Origin: a virus
IMG/VR virus record: IMGVR_UViG_3300013286_000725
Span: 1-64,000 of that record
Length of the DNA stretch: 64,000 nucleotides
Direction: 5' to 3' (one strand)
The notes below the pieces were generated by a model. That model was not told the DNA's origin. It was given only the letters and a program-made list of their open reading frames with translations, and searched no databases. The position numbers and the translations under genes are program-made. The stretch's first letter is position 1. The number at the start of each line of letters is the position of its first letter. Of this stretch, positions 19,977 through 30,094 are shown one piece after another.

Positions 19977-20893
19977 AACAATTATGGGTAGAAAAATATC
20001 GTCCCGATTCACTAGACGGTTATGTTTTCAAAGATGATCATCAACGCTCTCAGATTGAAAATTGGATAGCAGAACAATCTATTCCGCATTTGTTGTTTAG
20101 TGGCAATGCAGGTGTGGGCAAAACCACACTGGCCAAAATCTTAGTTAACTTGTTAGGTGTACAAGACACAGACATCTTGATGGCTAATGCATCTAAAGAA
20201 GGTCGTAAAATTGAATGGTTAAATGACAAGCTCACTGGATTTTGTCAAACTATGCCATTCGGTGACTTTAAGGTAGTTATTCTCGACGAAGCTGATTATT
20301 TGAATCCGCAGTCAGTTCAACCTGCACTGCGTAACCTAATGGAAGAATATAGTCATAGTGTTAGATTTATCTTAACTTGTAACTATCCAAATAAGATTAT
20401 TCCGGCCCTACACAGTCGTTGCCAAGAAATGAAAATTGAAAAAGTTGACCTTACAGAATTTACTGCTAGGGTAGCAACTATATTGGTAACTGAGGGTGTT
20501 GAATTTGATCTAGATACCTTAGATACTTATGTACAATCAACATATCCTGATTTGCGCAAGTGTATTAACAATGTGCAGATGAACAGTATTGTTGGAAAAT
20601 TGCAAGGAGTTGATACTGCAGCCACTAGCACAGACTACAGATTTGAAATGGTAGATCTGTTTAAGAAAGGTAAGATCAGTGAAGCCCGCAAGTTAATCTG
20701 CGGTAAAGCTCGTCCTGAAGAAATGGAAGATGTTTATCGTTGGCTGTACGACAACATCAATATCTTTGGAGATGAAGTCTTACAAGAAAAAGCTATCCTT
20801 GTTATTAAGCAAGGACTAGTGGATCATACACTGGTAAGCGACCCAGAAATTAATCTGGCAGCTACACTGATTCGATTAAGTTATATTAAATGA
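19973..20893 (+). CDS. Clamp loader AAA+ subunit (T4 gp44/RFC small subunit-like)
   Basis: LWVEKYRP, Walker A GNAGVGKT, Walker B ILDEAD, LHSRC. Confidence 0.92.
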   Translation: MKQLWVEKYRPDSLDGYVFKDDHQRSQIENWIAEQSIPHLLFSGNAGVGKTTLAKILVNLLGVQDTDILMANASKEGRKIEWLNDKLTGFCQTMPFGDFKVVILDEADYLNPQSVQPALRNLMEEYSHSVRFILTCNYPNKIIPALHSRCQEMKIEKVDLTEFTARVATILVTEGVEFDLDTLDTYVQSTYPDLRKCINNVQMNSIVGKLQGVDTAATSTDYRFEMVDLFKKGKISEARKLICGKARPEEMEDVYRWLYDNINIFGDEVLQEKAILVIKQGLVDHTLVSDPEINLAATLIRLSYIK

Positions 20894-21330
20894 AGCCTAA
20901 ACTTGCTGAAGCATACATGAGGACTGCGGAAACATTTGCAGAACTTAGTCATGCTAGGCGTTTACATGTAGGTGCTATTGTAGTTAAGGATGATCGTATT
21001 ATCTCTATCGGCTACAATGGCATGCCGGCTGGTTGGGACAACAACTGCGAACTTGAAATCTACGAAGAAAATGGTGACGACGAACCTGAAGTAATTTTAA
21101 AATCCAAACCAGAGGTGTTACATGCAGAGCGGAATGCCCTAGATAAGTTAGCAAAAGGCAACGAGAGTGGACTAGGTTCTACGATGTTTATTACACACGC
21201 TCCTTGTTTAGAATGTGCCAAAAGCATTTACGGAGCAGGGATCTCTCATGTATTTTACAGGGATTCATATCGTAGTGAAGATGGAATACAGTTTCTTACA
21301 AAATGCGGTGTAAAAGTAGAACAAATATAA
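20890..21330 (+). CDS. dCMP deaminase
   Basis: GYNG, HAERNA, PCLECAK zinc motifs. Confidence 0.9.
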   Translation: MKPKLAEAYMRTAETFAELSHARRLHVGAIVVKDDRIISIGYNGMPAGWDNNCELEIYEENGDDEPEVILKSKPEVLHAERNALDKLAKGNESGLGSTMFITHAPCLECAKSIYGAGISHVFYRDSYRSEDGIQFLTKCGVKVEQI

Positions 21331-21354
21331 AAAGGACCCGAAGGTCCTTTTTTT
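21329..21354. terminator. Bidirectional intrinsic terminator
   Basis: aaaaaggacc-cgaa-ggtccttttttt between convergent genes. Confidence 0.85.
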
Positions 21355-22069
21355 AATCACCGTATAGTGCTAATACCTCCCGAACTGCATCATGTCTTTC
21401 GATATCATGACTGTCAAAGTATACCGCATCAATATGATCTAATTGTTTGTTTTTGATCCTTTCAATAAACTCAACTAGACCGTTGTCTTTAATTCTGTCT
21501 GCTTGATTAAGGTCTCCAGTTACTACCATTTTGGAATGTTCTCCTAGGCGGGTTAGTAGCATCTTCATTTGATTTGCAGTTGCATTTTGCATTTCGTCTG
21601 CAATAATGTAACTGTTTTTAAATGTTCGGCCTCGCATATAAGCAAGTGGGCTGATCTCTATGACTCCTTCATAAAGCATATTTTCTATATCTTTTTGTTG
21701 ATAATAATCTCCTAGTACATCAAATATAGGTCTTGTCCATGGTGCCATTTTTTCATTTAGCGTACCTGGCAAGAATCCTAAATCTTCATCAACGGAAACG
21801 GCGGGTCTAGTGACTATGATTTTATCCACCTTGCCTTCTTGAAACAACTTGATGCCCATTTGAACAGCCAACAAAGTTTTACCCGTACCTGCAGGACCAA
21901 TAGCAAAAAGTATATTTTTTGCATCGTCATTTAGTTTGAAAAGGTAAGTTTCTTGGTGTTTGTTACGCGGTAACAAGGTGATTTTCTGCTTTTTTGCAGG
22001 TAGGTATGTATGGAAATCAATCACATTCACATCTGAAGTAAAACGCTTTTTCACTCGATTTTTACTCAT
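21353..22069 (-). CDS. phoH: PhoH-family ATPase
   Basis: GPAGTGKT, LGFLPG, YMRGRTF, DEMQN, GDLNQAD; true start probably ATG 22069 after GGGAG. Confidence 0.92.
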   Translation of the reverse strand: MSKNRVKKRFTSDVNVIDFHTYLPAKKQKITLLPRNKHQETYLFKLNDDAKNILFAIGPAGTGKTLLAVQMGIKLFQEGKVDKIIVTRPAVSVDEDLGFLPGTLNEKMAPWTRPIFDVLGDYYQQKDIENMLYEGVIEISPLAYMRGRTFKNSYIIADEMQNATANQMKMLLTRLGEHSKMVVTGDLNQADRIKDNGLVEFIERIKNKQLDHIDAVYFDSHDIERHDAVREVLALYGD

Positions 22070-22142
22070 TAAGTTATCTCCCACTTTTAGTAAAGTAGGA
22101 CATGTAGCGACCGCCTCAGTAACTACAGAGGTCCTACACAAT

Positions 22143-22201
22143 TACTTATACTTTTGGGTTAAAAGTAAACTGTTATGTTATCATTTAAGGCCAGCTAAAT
22201 A
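22143..22201. promoter_or_regulatory. Divergent late-promoter-like motifs
   Basis: Minus-strand TAAGTA (22143-22148) before phoH; plus-strand TAAATA (22196-22201). Confidence 0.5.
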
Positions 22202-22226
22202 AGTATGTAAATTACCGGATCATATC

Positions 22227-22772
22227 ATGCATGACATTTTAGAAGTTATTAAGAATATAGAAACTATCTACAGTACAAATTCCAGCTTATCCACGCTTAA
22301 AGACTTTGAGCGTGTACTAGACGAAATGAATATGTATGTGTATGACAATTGGCAAGACGGTGAACTAGCTGCTGGGCCCAAAGTGGAGCGGCACTGGGTT
22401 ACTGCTAGTTTTATGTGGCCTAGAGATAAGATGCCCGACCCATCAGCGGCCAAGCGACTGTTAGAATACGGTTGCCAAGTAAAATATCAAAAAACACACT
22501 TGATACAACCAAGACACATAAAGACTCCGGAAGATATACGACCCGGAACTAAAAAAGGCAAGCTAGATCACAAGCCTGTTTGGGTAGTAGAAATTACTAT
22601 GCCTAAAAAACTTGTAGAAGATACATTTGAAGGCTATATGAGTAAGATGAAAGAAAGCATGGGCATTGGCCGTACTGAGAGAGTAGACGGTAGCCCTGCA
22701 CAACCTGCAGATGTAGCAGCACAAGCGCCTACTGCTCCGGCAGCTCCGGCAGCACCAGGGGGTGCAGCATAA
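22227..22772 (+). CDS. Hypothetical late protein
   Basis: 181-aa ORF downstream of TAAATA; Ala/Pro-rich tail. Confidence 0.65.
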   Translation: MHDILEVIKNIETIYSTNSSLSTLKDFERVLDEMNMYVYDNWQDGELAAGPKVERHWVTASFMWPRDKMPDPSAAKRLLEYGCQVKYQKTHLIQPRHIKTPEDIRPGTKKGKLDHKPVWVVEITMPKKLVEDTFEGYMSKMKESMGIGRTERVDGSPAQPADVAAQAPTAPAAPAAPGGAA

Positions 22773-23488
22773 TGTCATTACTAGCTGGCGATCTACGCAT
22801 GTTGGTCAACAACATTTTTGAAGTTGACAGTTATAGCAGTAAGATGGGTGACGACAAAGATATTGTTGTACTGTCTTTTACAGTTGAGCAACAAGAACCT
22901 GCAAAGGATCTAGTAACTTTTATCGAACGCGGGTATCCATTTGTATTGGATGCAGATGCCAGTGCAGGTGAATTGTCAGATGGACGCTACAAAGTGTTTG
23001 TTGAAATAGAGCGCAATCGCCGTATTCATGAGCAAATTTTAGAAGTACTCGACGGTGTTGGCAAACTGGCCAGTGTTGATAATTTCAAATTTCGTTACTA
23101 CAAAAGTTTTAAAAGCATTGATGCTAATGAAGCTAGCCTATTAGAAACTGTCCCTAAAACCAAAGCCGAATACGAGACTGCTGTTCGAGAGCGCATGGTT
23201 AACAACTATGCCAACTTCTTTGGACGAACTTTTCTCGAAAGTGTCAAAGTAAGCAACGATCAAATTACCTTTGAAAAGAAATTTGCAGGTCCTGTTACAC
23301 TTAACATCAAAGACTTTGGTACCAAGCGTGAAGTATATGATCGGTTAAAAGGGCCTATCATGCTAGAAAGTAAAGATATGAGTGAAGTATTATTCTATAC
23401 CAAATACATTGGCAATTACAATATTACTAAGATTGGTTCTTCTTTGGTGTTTGAAAGTCAAGGACATGCTGTAGTGTTGGAGAAATAA
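22772..23488 (+). CDS. Hypothetical protein
   Basis: 238-aa ORF coupled to upstream gene (TAATG). Confidence 0.65.
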   Translation: MSLLAGDLRMLVNNIFEVDSYSSKMGDDKDIVVLSFTVEQQEPAKDLVTFIERGYPFVLDADASAGELSDGRYKVFVEIERNRRIHEQILEVLDGVGKLASVDNFKFRYYKSFKSIDANEASLLETVPKTKAEYETAVRERMVNNYANFFGRTFLESVKVSNDQITFEKKFAGPVTLNIKDFGTKREVYDRLKGPIMLESKDMSEVLFYTKYIGNYNITKIGSSLVFESQGHAVVLEK

Positions 23489-23489
23489 C

Positions 23490-23954
23490 ATGTGGCAATT
23501 GCAGTGGGCACTTAATTTAATTCCGGACAGCATACTTATATGGCTGTTTTATTTGCTGTTCTTTAGCGGAGTAGCAATGATTGTTGCCAGCTGGTTAGTC
23601 AAATGGATTCCAATGATTTCCGCCTATAAGTTTCCTGTAGAGCTTGTGGGCATATTGCTCTACGGTGCAGGAGCGTTTTTCCTGGGCGGACATAGTGTAG
23701 AAATGTCATGGCGTGACAAAATTAAAGAACTACAGGCTAAAATAGCACAGGCCGAAGTACAGTCAAAAGAAGTTAACACAGTTATACAAACTAAAATTGT
23801 AGAGCGTGTTAAAATTGTTGAAAAACAAGTAGAAGTTGTTCGTACTCAGATAGAGCGAGACAAAGAAATTATCAATGCTGAATGCAAAGTTTCAGATATT
23901 GCTATTAAAGATTACAACGATGCAGTTGCAGATCCTCTAGAGGAGAAGAAATGA
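23490..23954 (+). CDS. Inner-membrane spanin (Rz-like)
   Basis: N-terminal TM helices then coiled coil; overlaps lipoprotein gene. Confidence 0.65.
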   Translation: MWQLQWALNLIPDSILIWLFYLLFFSGVAMIVASWLVKWIPMISAYKFPVELVGILLYGAGAFFLGGHSVEMSWRDKIKELQAKIAQAEVQSKEVNTVIQTKIVERVKIVEKQVEVVRTQIERDKEIINAECKVSDIAIKDYNDAVADPLEEKK

Positions 23955-24220
23955 AAAAATTGTTATTAACACTATCAATAATCTTATTAGCAGGGTGTAC
24001 CACTGTTCCTGTCACAATGAAGTTTCCCAACGCACCTGATGTGCTTAAAGAACCTGCAGGAAAACTAACACCGTTGGATACTAGTAAAAAAATAGAATTA
24101 AGTGATATAATAGAAAACGCTAACGAAAATGCTGGCAAATACTATGCACTTAGAGAAAAATACAATGCATGGCAAGAATGGTACAACGGTCAGAAGAAAA
24201 TCTTCGATTCAGTTAAATAA
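23951..24220 (+). CDS. Outer-membrane spanin lipoprotein (Rz1-like)
   Basis: Signal peptide with lipobox LLAGC; Pro-rich after Cys. Confidence 0.7.
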   Translation: MKKLLLTLSIILLAGCTTVPVTMKFPNAPDVLKEPAGKLTPLDTSKKIELSDIIENANENAGKYYALREKYNAWQEWYNGQKKIFDSVK

Positions 24221-24247
24221 ATTAGCACATTAAGGAGCGAACCATAA

Positions 24248-24838
24248 ATGGCACTAATAGATTCAGTATTAAATTTAATTACCAAACAACCAAAAGATCT
24301 GGATGCCCCAAAACCGCCAGTGGGATCCCGTAGCGAGCGTGAGGCAAAACTAAAAGACAAAGCAGGTATGGTCATTTCCGTATTTGCATTACTACTAGCT
24401 GTTAATAGCTGGTACGGTGGCAATCTAAGCAGTAAGACCTTAAACAACACAATTTCAGCAAACAATGTTTGGGCATTTTATCAAGCCAAGAGCATTAAAC
24501 AAACTTTAGCAGAACAAAGTCTTGACGATGCTACATACCGCAAAGATACTGAAAAGATGGCCAAATTACAGGCCAAGATTGATCGTTACGAAAGCGATCC
24601 CAAAACAGGCGAAGGTAAAGTTGAATTAATGGCCAAGGCAAAACAGTTAGAGGCAGATCGCGATGAAGCTAAAAAGCGTAGTCCATGGATCGGCTATGCC
24701 AGCACAATGTATCAGTTGAGCATTGTTGTTTTATCTGCAAGTATTCTTGCAGTCAGTATGAGCATGTTCTGGGGAAGTTTCTTTGTTGCTGGCTTGGGCA
24801 TATTGCTGTCAGCACAAGGTGTATTTCTACTATTTTAA
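24248..24838 (+). CDS. Membrane protein (DUF4337-like)
   Basis: WAFYQAKSIKQ motif, coiled coil, C-terminal TM pair; TAAATA at 24214. Confidence 0.6.
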   Translation: MALIDSVLNLITKQPKDLDAPKPPVGSRSEREAKLKDKAGMVISVFALLLAVNSWYGGNLSSKTLNNTISANNVWAFYQAKSIKQTLAEQSLDDATYRKDTEKMAKLQAKIDRYESDPKTGEGKVELMAKAKQLEADRDEAKKRSPWIGYASTMYQLSIVVLSASILAVSMSMFWGSFFVAGLGILLSAQGVFLLF

Positions 24839-24857
24839 ATAAAGTTGAGGGCAAACC

Positions 24858-25433
24858 ATGTCAGAAGAAATTAAAATCGGTAGCGAGCAAAAGAAAGAAG
24901 ATTGGATGAATTCAAAATGGCGTCCGGCAATGGGTTGGATGTACATGGTTGTCTGTATGATGGACATGGTTATATTTCCAATACTATGGAGTTTGTTACA
25001 GACATTTACCCATACACAAATCACACAATGGAATCCACTAACACTACAAGGTGCTGGCTTATTCCATATTGCTATGGGTGCAGTTTTAGGTATTGCAGCA
25101 TTTGGACGAACACAAGAAAAATTAGGCGGAGCAAACAATGGCGGAGCACAAACACCAGCAACAGGATTTTCGAGCGGGTCAACAGCACCTAGCGCACCTA
25201 CAACAGGAGGCTTCGGCTCATCCAGTTCGTTTGGTTCACCAGCACCATCATCAAGTGGCTTTGGCGGAGGCGGGTTTGGAAGCGTATCTGCAACATCAAG
25301 CACTGGTGTTGCTCCAGTATCAAGTTGGGGCACAACACCAACAACCGTAGCCCCAACATCGGGTATTCCCCAATTGGGCAAGCCTGCTCCTAGCAGACCA
25401 CCGTTGGACGAATATCATCCACCTTTAGATTGA
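24858..25433 (+). CDS. Holin-like membrane protein (3TM/GTA-holin-like)
   Basis: WRPAMGW motif, TM helices, low-complexity Ser/Gly tail; TAAATA at 24836; near spanins. Confidence 0.55.
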   Translation: MSEEIKIGSEQKKEDWMNSKWRPAMGWMYMVVCMMDMVIFPILWSLLQTFTHTQITQWNPLTLQGAGLFHIAMGAVLGIAAFGRTQEKLGGANNGGAQTPATGFSSGSTAPSAPTTGGFGSSSSFGSPAPSSSGFGGGGFGSVSATSSTGVAPVSSWGTTPTTVAPTSGIPQLGKPAPSRPPLDEYHPPLD

Positions 25434-25458
25434 TCAAAAAATTTAGAGGATATATAAT
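25430..25458 (+). promoter_or_regulatory. Sigma70-type promoter
   Basis: TTGATC-17-TATAAT upstream of dnaJ. Confidence 0.6.
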
Positions 25459-25476
25459 AGTACTAAGGAAGGTACT

Positions 25477-26310
25477 ATGGATTATTATCAAACACTCGGA
25501 GTCGCCGAGAACGCAGATCAGGAAACGATTAAACAGGCTTACAAAAAATTAGCCATGAAGAACCATCCTGATCGCGGCGGTGATACCCAAAAATTTCAAT
25601 CTATATCACAGGCGTATGACACGCTAAGTGATCCACAGAAAAAACAACGATACGATGCTGAACGCAATGGTCAGCATGTACATATCAACATGGGCGGAGG
25701 ACCGTTTGGTCAGCACCCATTTAGTGATGTGTTTAATCAATTTGGATTTAGTTTTGGTCCAGGATTTCAACAACACAATGTTCGTAGAAATAAAGATCTA
25801 ACTATTCGCGTATCAGTTAGTACAAAACAAAGTTACACCGGAACACAATTAGAAGCTAAATTTAATACTCTAACTGGTAGATCACAAACAGTGGTTGTAG
25901 ATGTTCCTGCAGGTGTAATGAATGGTCAGACAATTAGGTACGAAGGATTAGGTGACGATAGCGTTCCTGGCATTGCCAAAGGCAATCTCAATGTTACAGT
26001 TGTTGTTGAGGAAGATCCTAACTGGTCTCGCAGAGGACATGACCTAATTACATTTTTAAAAATATCAGTTGTAGATGCCATGTTTGGTTGTCAACGACAA
26101 GTTGACTGTTTAGACGGAACAGCTATGAATATAAATTTACGGCCAGGAGTTACCCACGGCACTGAATACGCCAGTGGCGGTCGAGGTTTTAGAGATTTAC
26201 AATCAGGATATATTGGCAATTTTACCATTGTGGTTAATATTGATATTCCTGCTGTAGCTGATAACTCATTAAAATCGCAGTTTGAAGATTTATATGCTAA
26301 AATTAGTTAA
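25477..26310 (+). CDS. dnaJ: DnaJ-class co-chaperone without zinc finger (CbpA-like)
   Basis: J domain with HPD, G/F-rich linker, C-terminal substrate-binding domain. Confidence 0.9.
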   Translation: MDYYQTLGVAENADQETIKQAYKKLAMKNHPDRGGDTQKFQSISQAYDTLSDPQKKQRYDAERNGQHVHINMGGGPFGQHPFSDVFNQFGFSFGPGFQQHNVRRNKDLTIRVSVSTKQSYTGTQLEAKFNTLTGRSQTVVVDVPAGVMNGQTIRYEGLGDDSVPGIAKGNLNVTVVVEEDPNWSRRGHDLITFLKISVVDAMFGCQRQVDCLDGTAMNINLRPGVTHGTEYASGGRGFRDLQSGYIGNFTIVVNIDIPAVADNSLKSQFEDLYAKIS

Positions 26311-26827
26311 GCATCCTAACCCTATACTACAAGAAACTCTTCCAAATTTTGATTTTGATAATCCTGTAATGGATCCTCATGATCTAGAAGAACAAATGGT
26401 TAAGCTAATGGCCGAGGCCAATGGTAGAGGACTGGCAGCTAATCAAGTAGGCATTCGTGCTAGAGTGTTTACTATGATCACACAAAATTTGGAAGGTGTC
26501 ATTACACCGTTTGCATTATTCAATCCTAAAATTATTGCAGAAGATACAGAATCAATTTTAGGAGATGAAGGATGTTTAAGTTTTCCTAACTTGTTTTTTC
26601 AAGTTAAAAGACCAGAACATGTTGTAGTCGAATTTCTTGACAGAGATAAAAATCCTGTTATAATAAGACTGGACGGTATTGATGCAAGATGTTTCTTACA
26701 CGAATTTGATCACTTAAACGGTATTTGTTTTACTGACAAGATCAGTAAACTAAAATTAGATATTGCACTTAAAAAACAGAGGAAATTAAATGGTAGAACC
26801 AAGTCAAGAACTACAATTGGTATTTGA
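26294..26827 (+). CDS. def: Peptide deformylase
   Basis: GLAANQVG, EGCLS, HEFDHLNG. Confidence 0.93.
   Translation: MLKLVKHPNPILQETLPNFDFDNPVMDPHDLEEQMVKLMAEANGRGLAANQVGIRARVFTMITQNLEGVITPFALFNPKIIAEDTESILGDEGCLSFPNLFFQVKRPEHVVVEFLDRDKNPVIIRLDGIDARCFLHEFDHLNGICFTDKISKLKLDIALKKQRKLNGRTKSRTTIGI
26637..26664 (+). promoter_or_regulatory. Internal sigma70 promoter upstream of clpA
   Basis: TTGACA-16-TATAAT with extended -10 TG, inside def. Confidence 0.5.
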
Positions 26828-29069
26828 AAAAGCCATAGATGTTAGCAAAAAACTCAAACACGAATATCTCACTATTGAGCATTTATTGTTTGCCATGCTA
26901 TGCGAAGAAAGTTTTTCCAACTGTTTAACAGGATATGGCTCTGATCCAGAGCCTATTAAAAAGAATTTAGAAACATATCTTAAAACACAACTAACTGAAA
27001 TTACCACTAGCAACGAAGAAACTAAACCTCGTAAAACACAAGCTGTTGAGCGTGTGCTTAATAGATCGTTTACACAGGTATTGTTTAATGGTCGTCAAAA
27101 GATCGAACCTACTGATGTATTTTTAGCCATGATGAGCGAAAAGCGCAGTCATGCTAACTACTATATTCAACAGGCCAATATTGATAAAGATAAATTTGCT
27201 GAGTATCTTAACAGTGAAGGCGTAACTGTGACTAGCAGTAATGACGAAGAGGGCATTGAACCCCGTGATGTTCAAGGCGAAAAAGCTCTGCGGGCATTTA
27301 CTACAAATCTTAACGAAGCGGTCAAGAAGAATAAAATTGATCCGGTAATTGGTCGTGTAGAAGAATTAGAAAATACAGCACTGGCGTTGGGTCGCCGCAC
27401 AAAATCCAATGTACTACTAGTGGGTGATCCGGGTGTGGGCAAGACTGCTATAGCAGAAGGACTTGCTCATAATATTGTTAATGGTGCAGTTCCCGAATTT
27501 CTTAAAGAATACACAGTGTACACCTTGGACATCAGTGCCATGCTTGCTGGTAGTAAATATCGCGGTGACTTTGAAGAACGATTCAAAGCAGTTATCAAAG
27601 TTCTCGAAAAGAAAGGCAAGACTGTGCTGTTCATTGACGAAGCACACATGATCAGTGGTGCAGGTGCAGGCGGTCAAAACAGCAGCAACGATCTTGCCAA
27701 CATGATGAAACCTGCATTGAGCAAGGGCAATATCAAAGTTGTAGCGTCAACTACTTGGGAAGAATATCGCAAGTACTTTGAAAAAGATCGTGCGCTTATG
27801 CGTCGATTCCAACGCATCACTGTTGACGAGCCTACAGCAGCAATGGCTATTGAAATCTTACAAGGCATTAAAAAATATTACGAAGAATTTCACAAAGCTA
27901 CTATCAGCGACGATGCTATCAAAGTGGCTGTCAAGTTGTCAGTAAAGTATCAAACAGATAAAAAGTTACCGGATAAAGCTATTGACTTAATTGATTGTGC
28001 TTGTTCAAGATTTAATCTACAATTAGAACCAAGTCGAATTGTCAACGAAGCCAGTATTCAATATGAGATTAGTCGTATGCTGAACATGCCTATTGAAACT
28101 ATTGCCGAACAAGAAAGCAGTAATCTAGTTAATCTTGAAGCACAACTTAATCAAGAAGTCTACGGGCAAGAAACTGCTGTTACTGAAATTGTAGATAAAA
28201 TTCTTGTTAGCCAAGCAGGGTTAAAAGCAGAAAACAAACCGGTTGGATCTTTTGTATTCATGGGCCCGACCGGTACTGGTAAAACAGAAACTGCCAAAGC
28301 ATTGGCCAAGCACTTGGGTGTTAAACTTGTACGATTTGACATGAGTGAATACCAAGAAAAACATTCGGTGGCTAAACTTATTGGTAGCCCTCCTGGTTAT
28401 GTCGGCTTTGAAGAAAATGCAGGATTACTGATTACCAAGGTTCAAGAGAATCCCAACTGTGTATTGTTGTTAGACGAGATTGAAAAATCACATCCAGATG
28501 TTTCAACTATCCTATTACAAATGATGGACAATGGTTTTATTACAGGATCAAATGGAAAACAAGCAGACTGTCGTAATTTGATTCTTATTATTACAACCAA
28601 TGCAGGAGCACAGGACTCTGAGAAAAACGCTATTGGGTTCGGTAGTCAAGAAAAGTCATATACTGATGAAGCATTGAAGAAGTTTTTTGCTCCTGAGTTC
28701 CGAAACCGTTTAGATGCGGTAGTTACCTTTGGGAAGTTGACCAAAGAAGTAATGATCAAGATTGTTGGTAAATTTATGGTTGAGATTAAAGACCAGATCG
28801 CCGATAAAAATATTAAAATTAACATTACTAACGAAGCTATTGATTGGTTAATTGAAAAAGGATTTGATAGCAAAATGGGTGCCCGACCATTACAGCGAGT
28901 TATTGACAAGGAAATCAAACGACCAATGAGTCGCATGATGTTGTTTGGTAATTTGAAAGGTGGTGGCAGTCTAAACATTGATGCAGTTGATTCCAAATTG
29001 GTATTAACTGATACATCAATTGAAGCAAGGATCACTGTTGATGAAACTAGACCCATCGATAGTTATTAA
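26790..29069 (+). CDS. clpA: ClpA-like AAA+ unfoldase
   Basis: Clp N domain, GDPGVGKT and GPTGTGKT Walker A motifs, GSPPGYVG, IGF loop, GARPL. Confidence 0.92.
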   Translation: MVEPSQELQLVFEKAIDVSKKLKHEYLTIEHLLFAMLCEESFSNCLTGYGSDPEPIKKNLETYLKTQLTEITTSNEETKPRKTQAVERVLNRSFTQVLFNGRQKIEPTDVFLAMMSEKRSHANYYIQQANIDKDKFAEYLNSEGVTVTSSNDEEGIEPRDVQGEKALRAFTTNLNEAVKKNKIDPVIGRVEELENTALALGRRTKSNVLLVGDPGVGKTAIAEGLAHNIVNGAVPEFLKEYTVYTLDISAMLAGSKYRGDFEERFKAVIKVLEKKGKTVLFIDEAHMISGAGAGGQNSSNDLANMMKPALSKGNIKVVASTTWEEYRKYFEKDRALMRRFQRITVDEPTAAMAIEILQGIKKYYEEFHKATISDDAIKVAVKLSVKYQTDKKLPDKAIDLIDCACSRFNLQLEPSRIVNEASIQYEISRMLNMPIETIAEQESSNLVNLEAQLNQEVYGQETAVTEIVDKILVSQAGLKAENKPVGSFVFMGPTGTGKTETAKALAKHLGVKLVRFDMSEYQEKHSVAKLIGSPPGYVGFEENAGLLITKVQENPNCVLLLDEIEKSHPDVSTILLQMMDNGFITGSNGKQADCRNLILIITTNAGAQDSEKNAIGFGSQEKSYTDEALKKFFAPEFRNRLDAVVTFGKLTKEVMIKIVGKFMVEIKDQIADKNIKINITNEAIDWLIEKGFDSKMGARPLQRVIDKEIKRPMSRMMLFGNLKGGGSLNIDAVDSKLVLTDTSIEARITVDETRPIDSY

Positions 29070-29676
29070 GCCCACTAGCAAGTTATTTTTTAACAAATAC
29101 AAATACAAAATTGTAGTTGTTAATAAAGGATCGTCTTGGTTTAGAGGTAATGATCTTGATCATGTAGAACAACGATTAGGAAATACCACTTCCTCCTTAA
29201 CATGGGAGAGAAATCTAGACAAGACTGATCGTGAATATAATCAAAAATTGTTGTTACTGTTTAGGCAATGTAATGATTATGAGTTGCGAATAGAAAATCC
29301 TTATCTGAGCTTCTACACCAATACTGAAAAGGATGTTGGCAAGTTGGCTAAAATTGATGTTCTTAAGGTAAAATATGCAGTAATGCCCGATGCTAAAAGT
29401 CAACTGATTCTTAACCAACACACTGTGATTGTTAAGAGATTGGATTTTGCTTACAAAGTCAGTATGGGGCGTACTACACAAGAATTTGTTAGCTTTATCA
29501 ATTGGTGTGAAGATAACCCTAAAATACGCATGCCCAGGCGTGTAAAACAGGATTTAGCCAAGTCATACAGTTGGGGTGGCGGGCATTTCTATGTCAAAGA
29601 CGAAAAAACACTACTTATGGTTAAGATGTTTGTAGGCAGCTGGATCAACAAAGTCGAACAGGTAGTCAAAGCATAA
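29041..29676 (+). CDS. Hypothetical protein
   Basis: ORF overlapping the clpA end. Confidence 0.6.
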   Translation: MKLDPSIVIKPTSKLFFNKYKYKIVVVNKGSSWFRGNDLDHVEQRLGNTTSSLTWERNLDKTDREYNQKLLLLFRQCNDYELRIENPYLSFYTNTEKDVGKLAKIDVLKVKYAVMPDAKSQLILNQHTVIVKRLDFAYKVSMGRTTQEFVSFINWCEDNPKIRMPRRVKQDLAKSYSWGGGHFYVKDEKTLLMVKMFVGSWINKVEQVVKA

Positions 29677-29691
29677 ATCAAAGCTAGTACC

Positions 29692-29733
29692 AAAGACTCC
29701 TTTTGCGATAAATATCATAAGAGGAGTCTTTTT
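29692..29733 (+). terminator. Long hairpin/terminator with late TAAATA at its apex
   Basis: aaagactcctttt...aagaggagtcttt followed by tt; TAAATA at 29709-29714. Confidence 0.65.
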
Positions 29734-29749
29734 ATGACTTATGGGTTTT

Positions 29750-30094
29750 ATGCGTTTATTTGAACTATATCACAACAATGTACATCGTAAAGAGTTTGAT
29801 CTTAAAGATGATCTAATGTACTTTATGAACAACGATCCTGATTTCTATCGTCAGGAAATGCATCCTTTTGCGCACAAATTCAAACAACATGCTCTAGCAG
29901 GCCGGCATGTGATACCAAAGGCATTTGCACCTTTAGTCAAGCGTGGATTTGATCATTATAAAAATACCTTTCAAGTACACGGGATCGAAGATCAATTAGA
30001 TGATAACGACCTCGAAGAAATATGTGAACAGTTACACGGACAGGAAATGAAAAACTTCCACGACGAAACTGCAAAGGCAAGTGAGTCCAAATGA
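29750..30094 (+). CDS. Putative internal head protein
   Basis: MRLFELY N-terminus; first gene after late motif; start could be 29741. Confidence 0.5.
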   Translation: MRLFELYHNNVHRKEFDLKDDLMYFMNNDPDFYRQEMHPFAHKFKQHALAGRHVIPKAFAPLVKRGFDHYKNTFQVHGIEDQLDDNDLEEICEQLHGQEMKNFHDETAKASESK

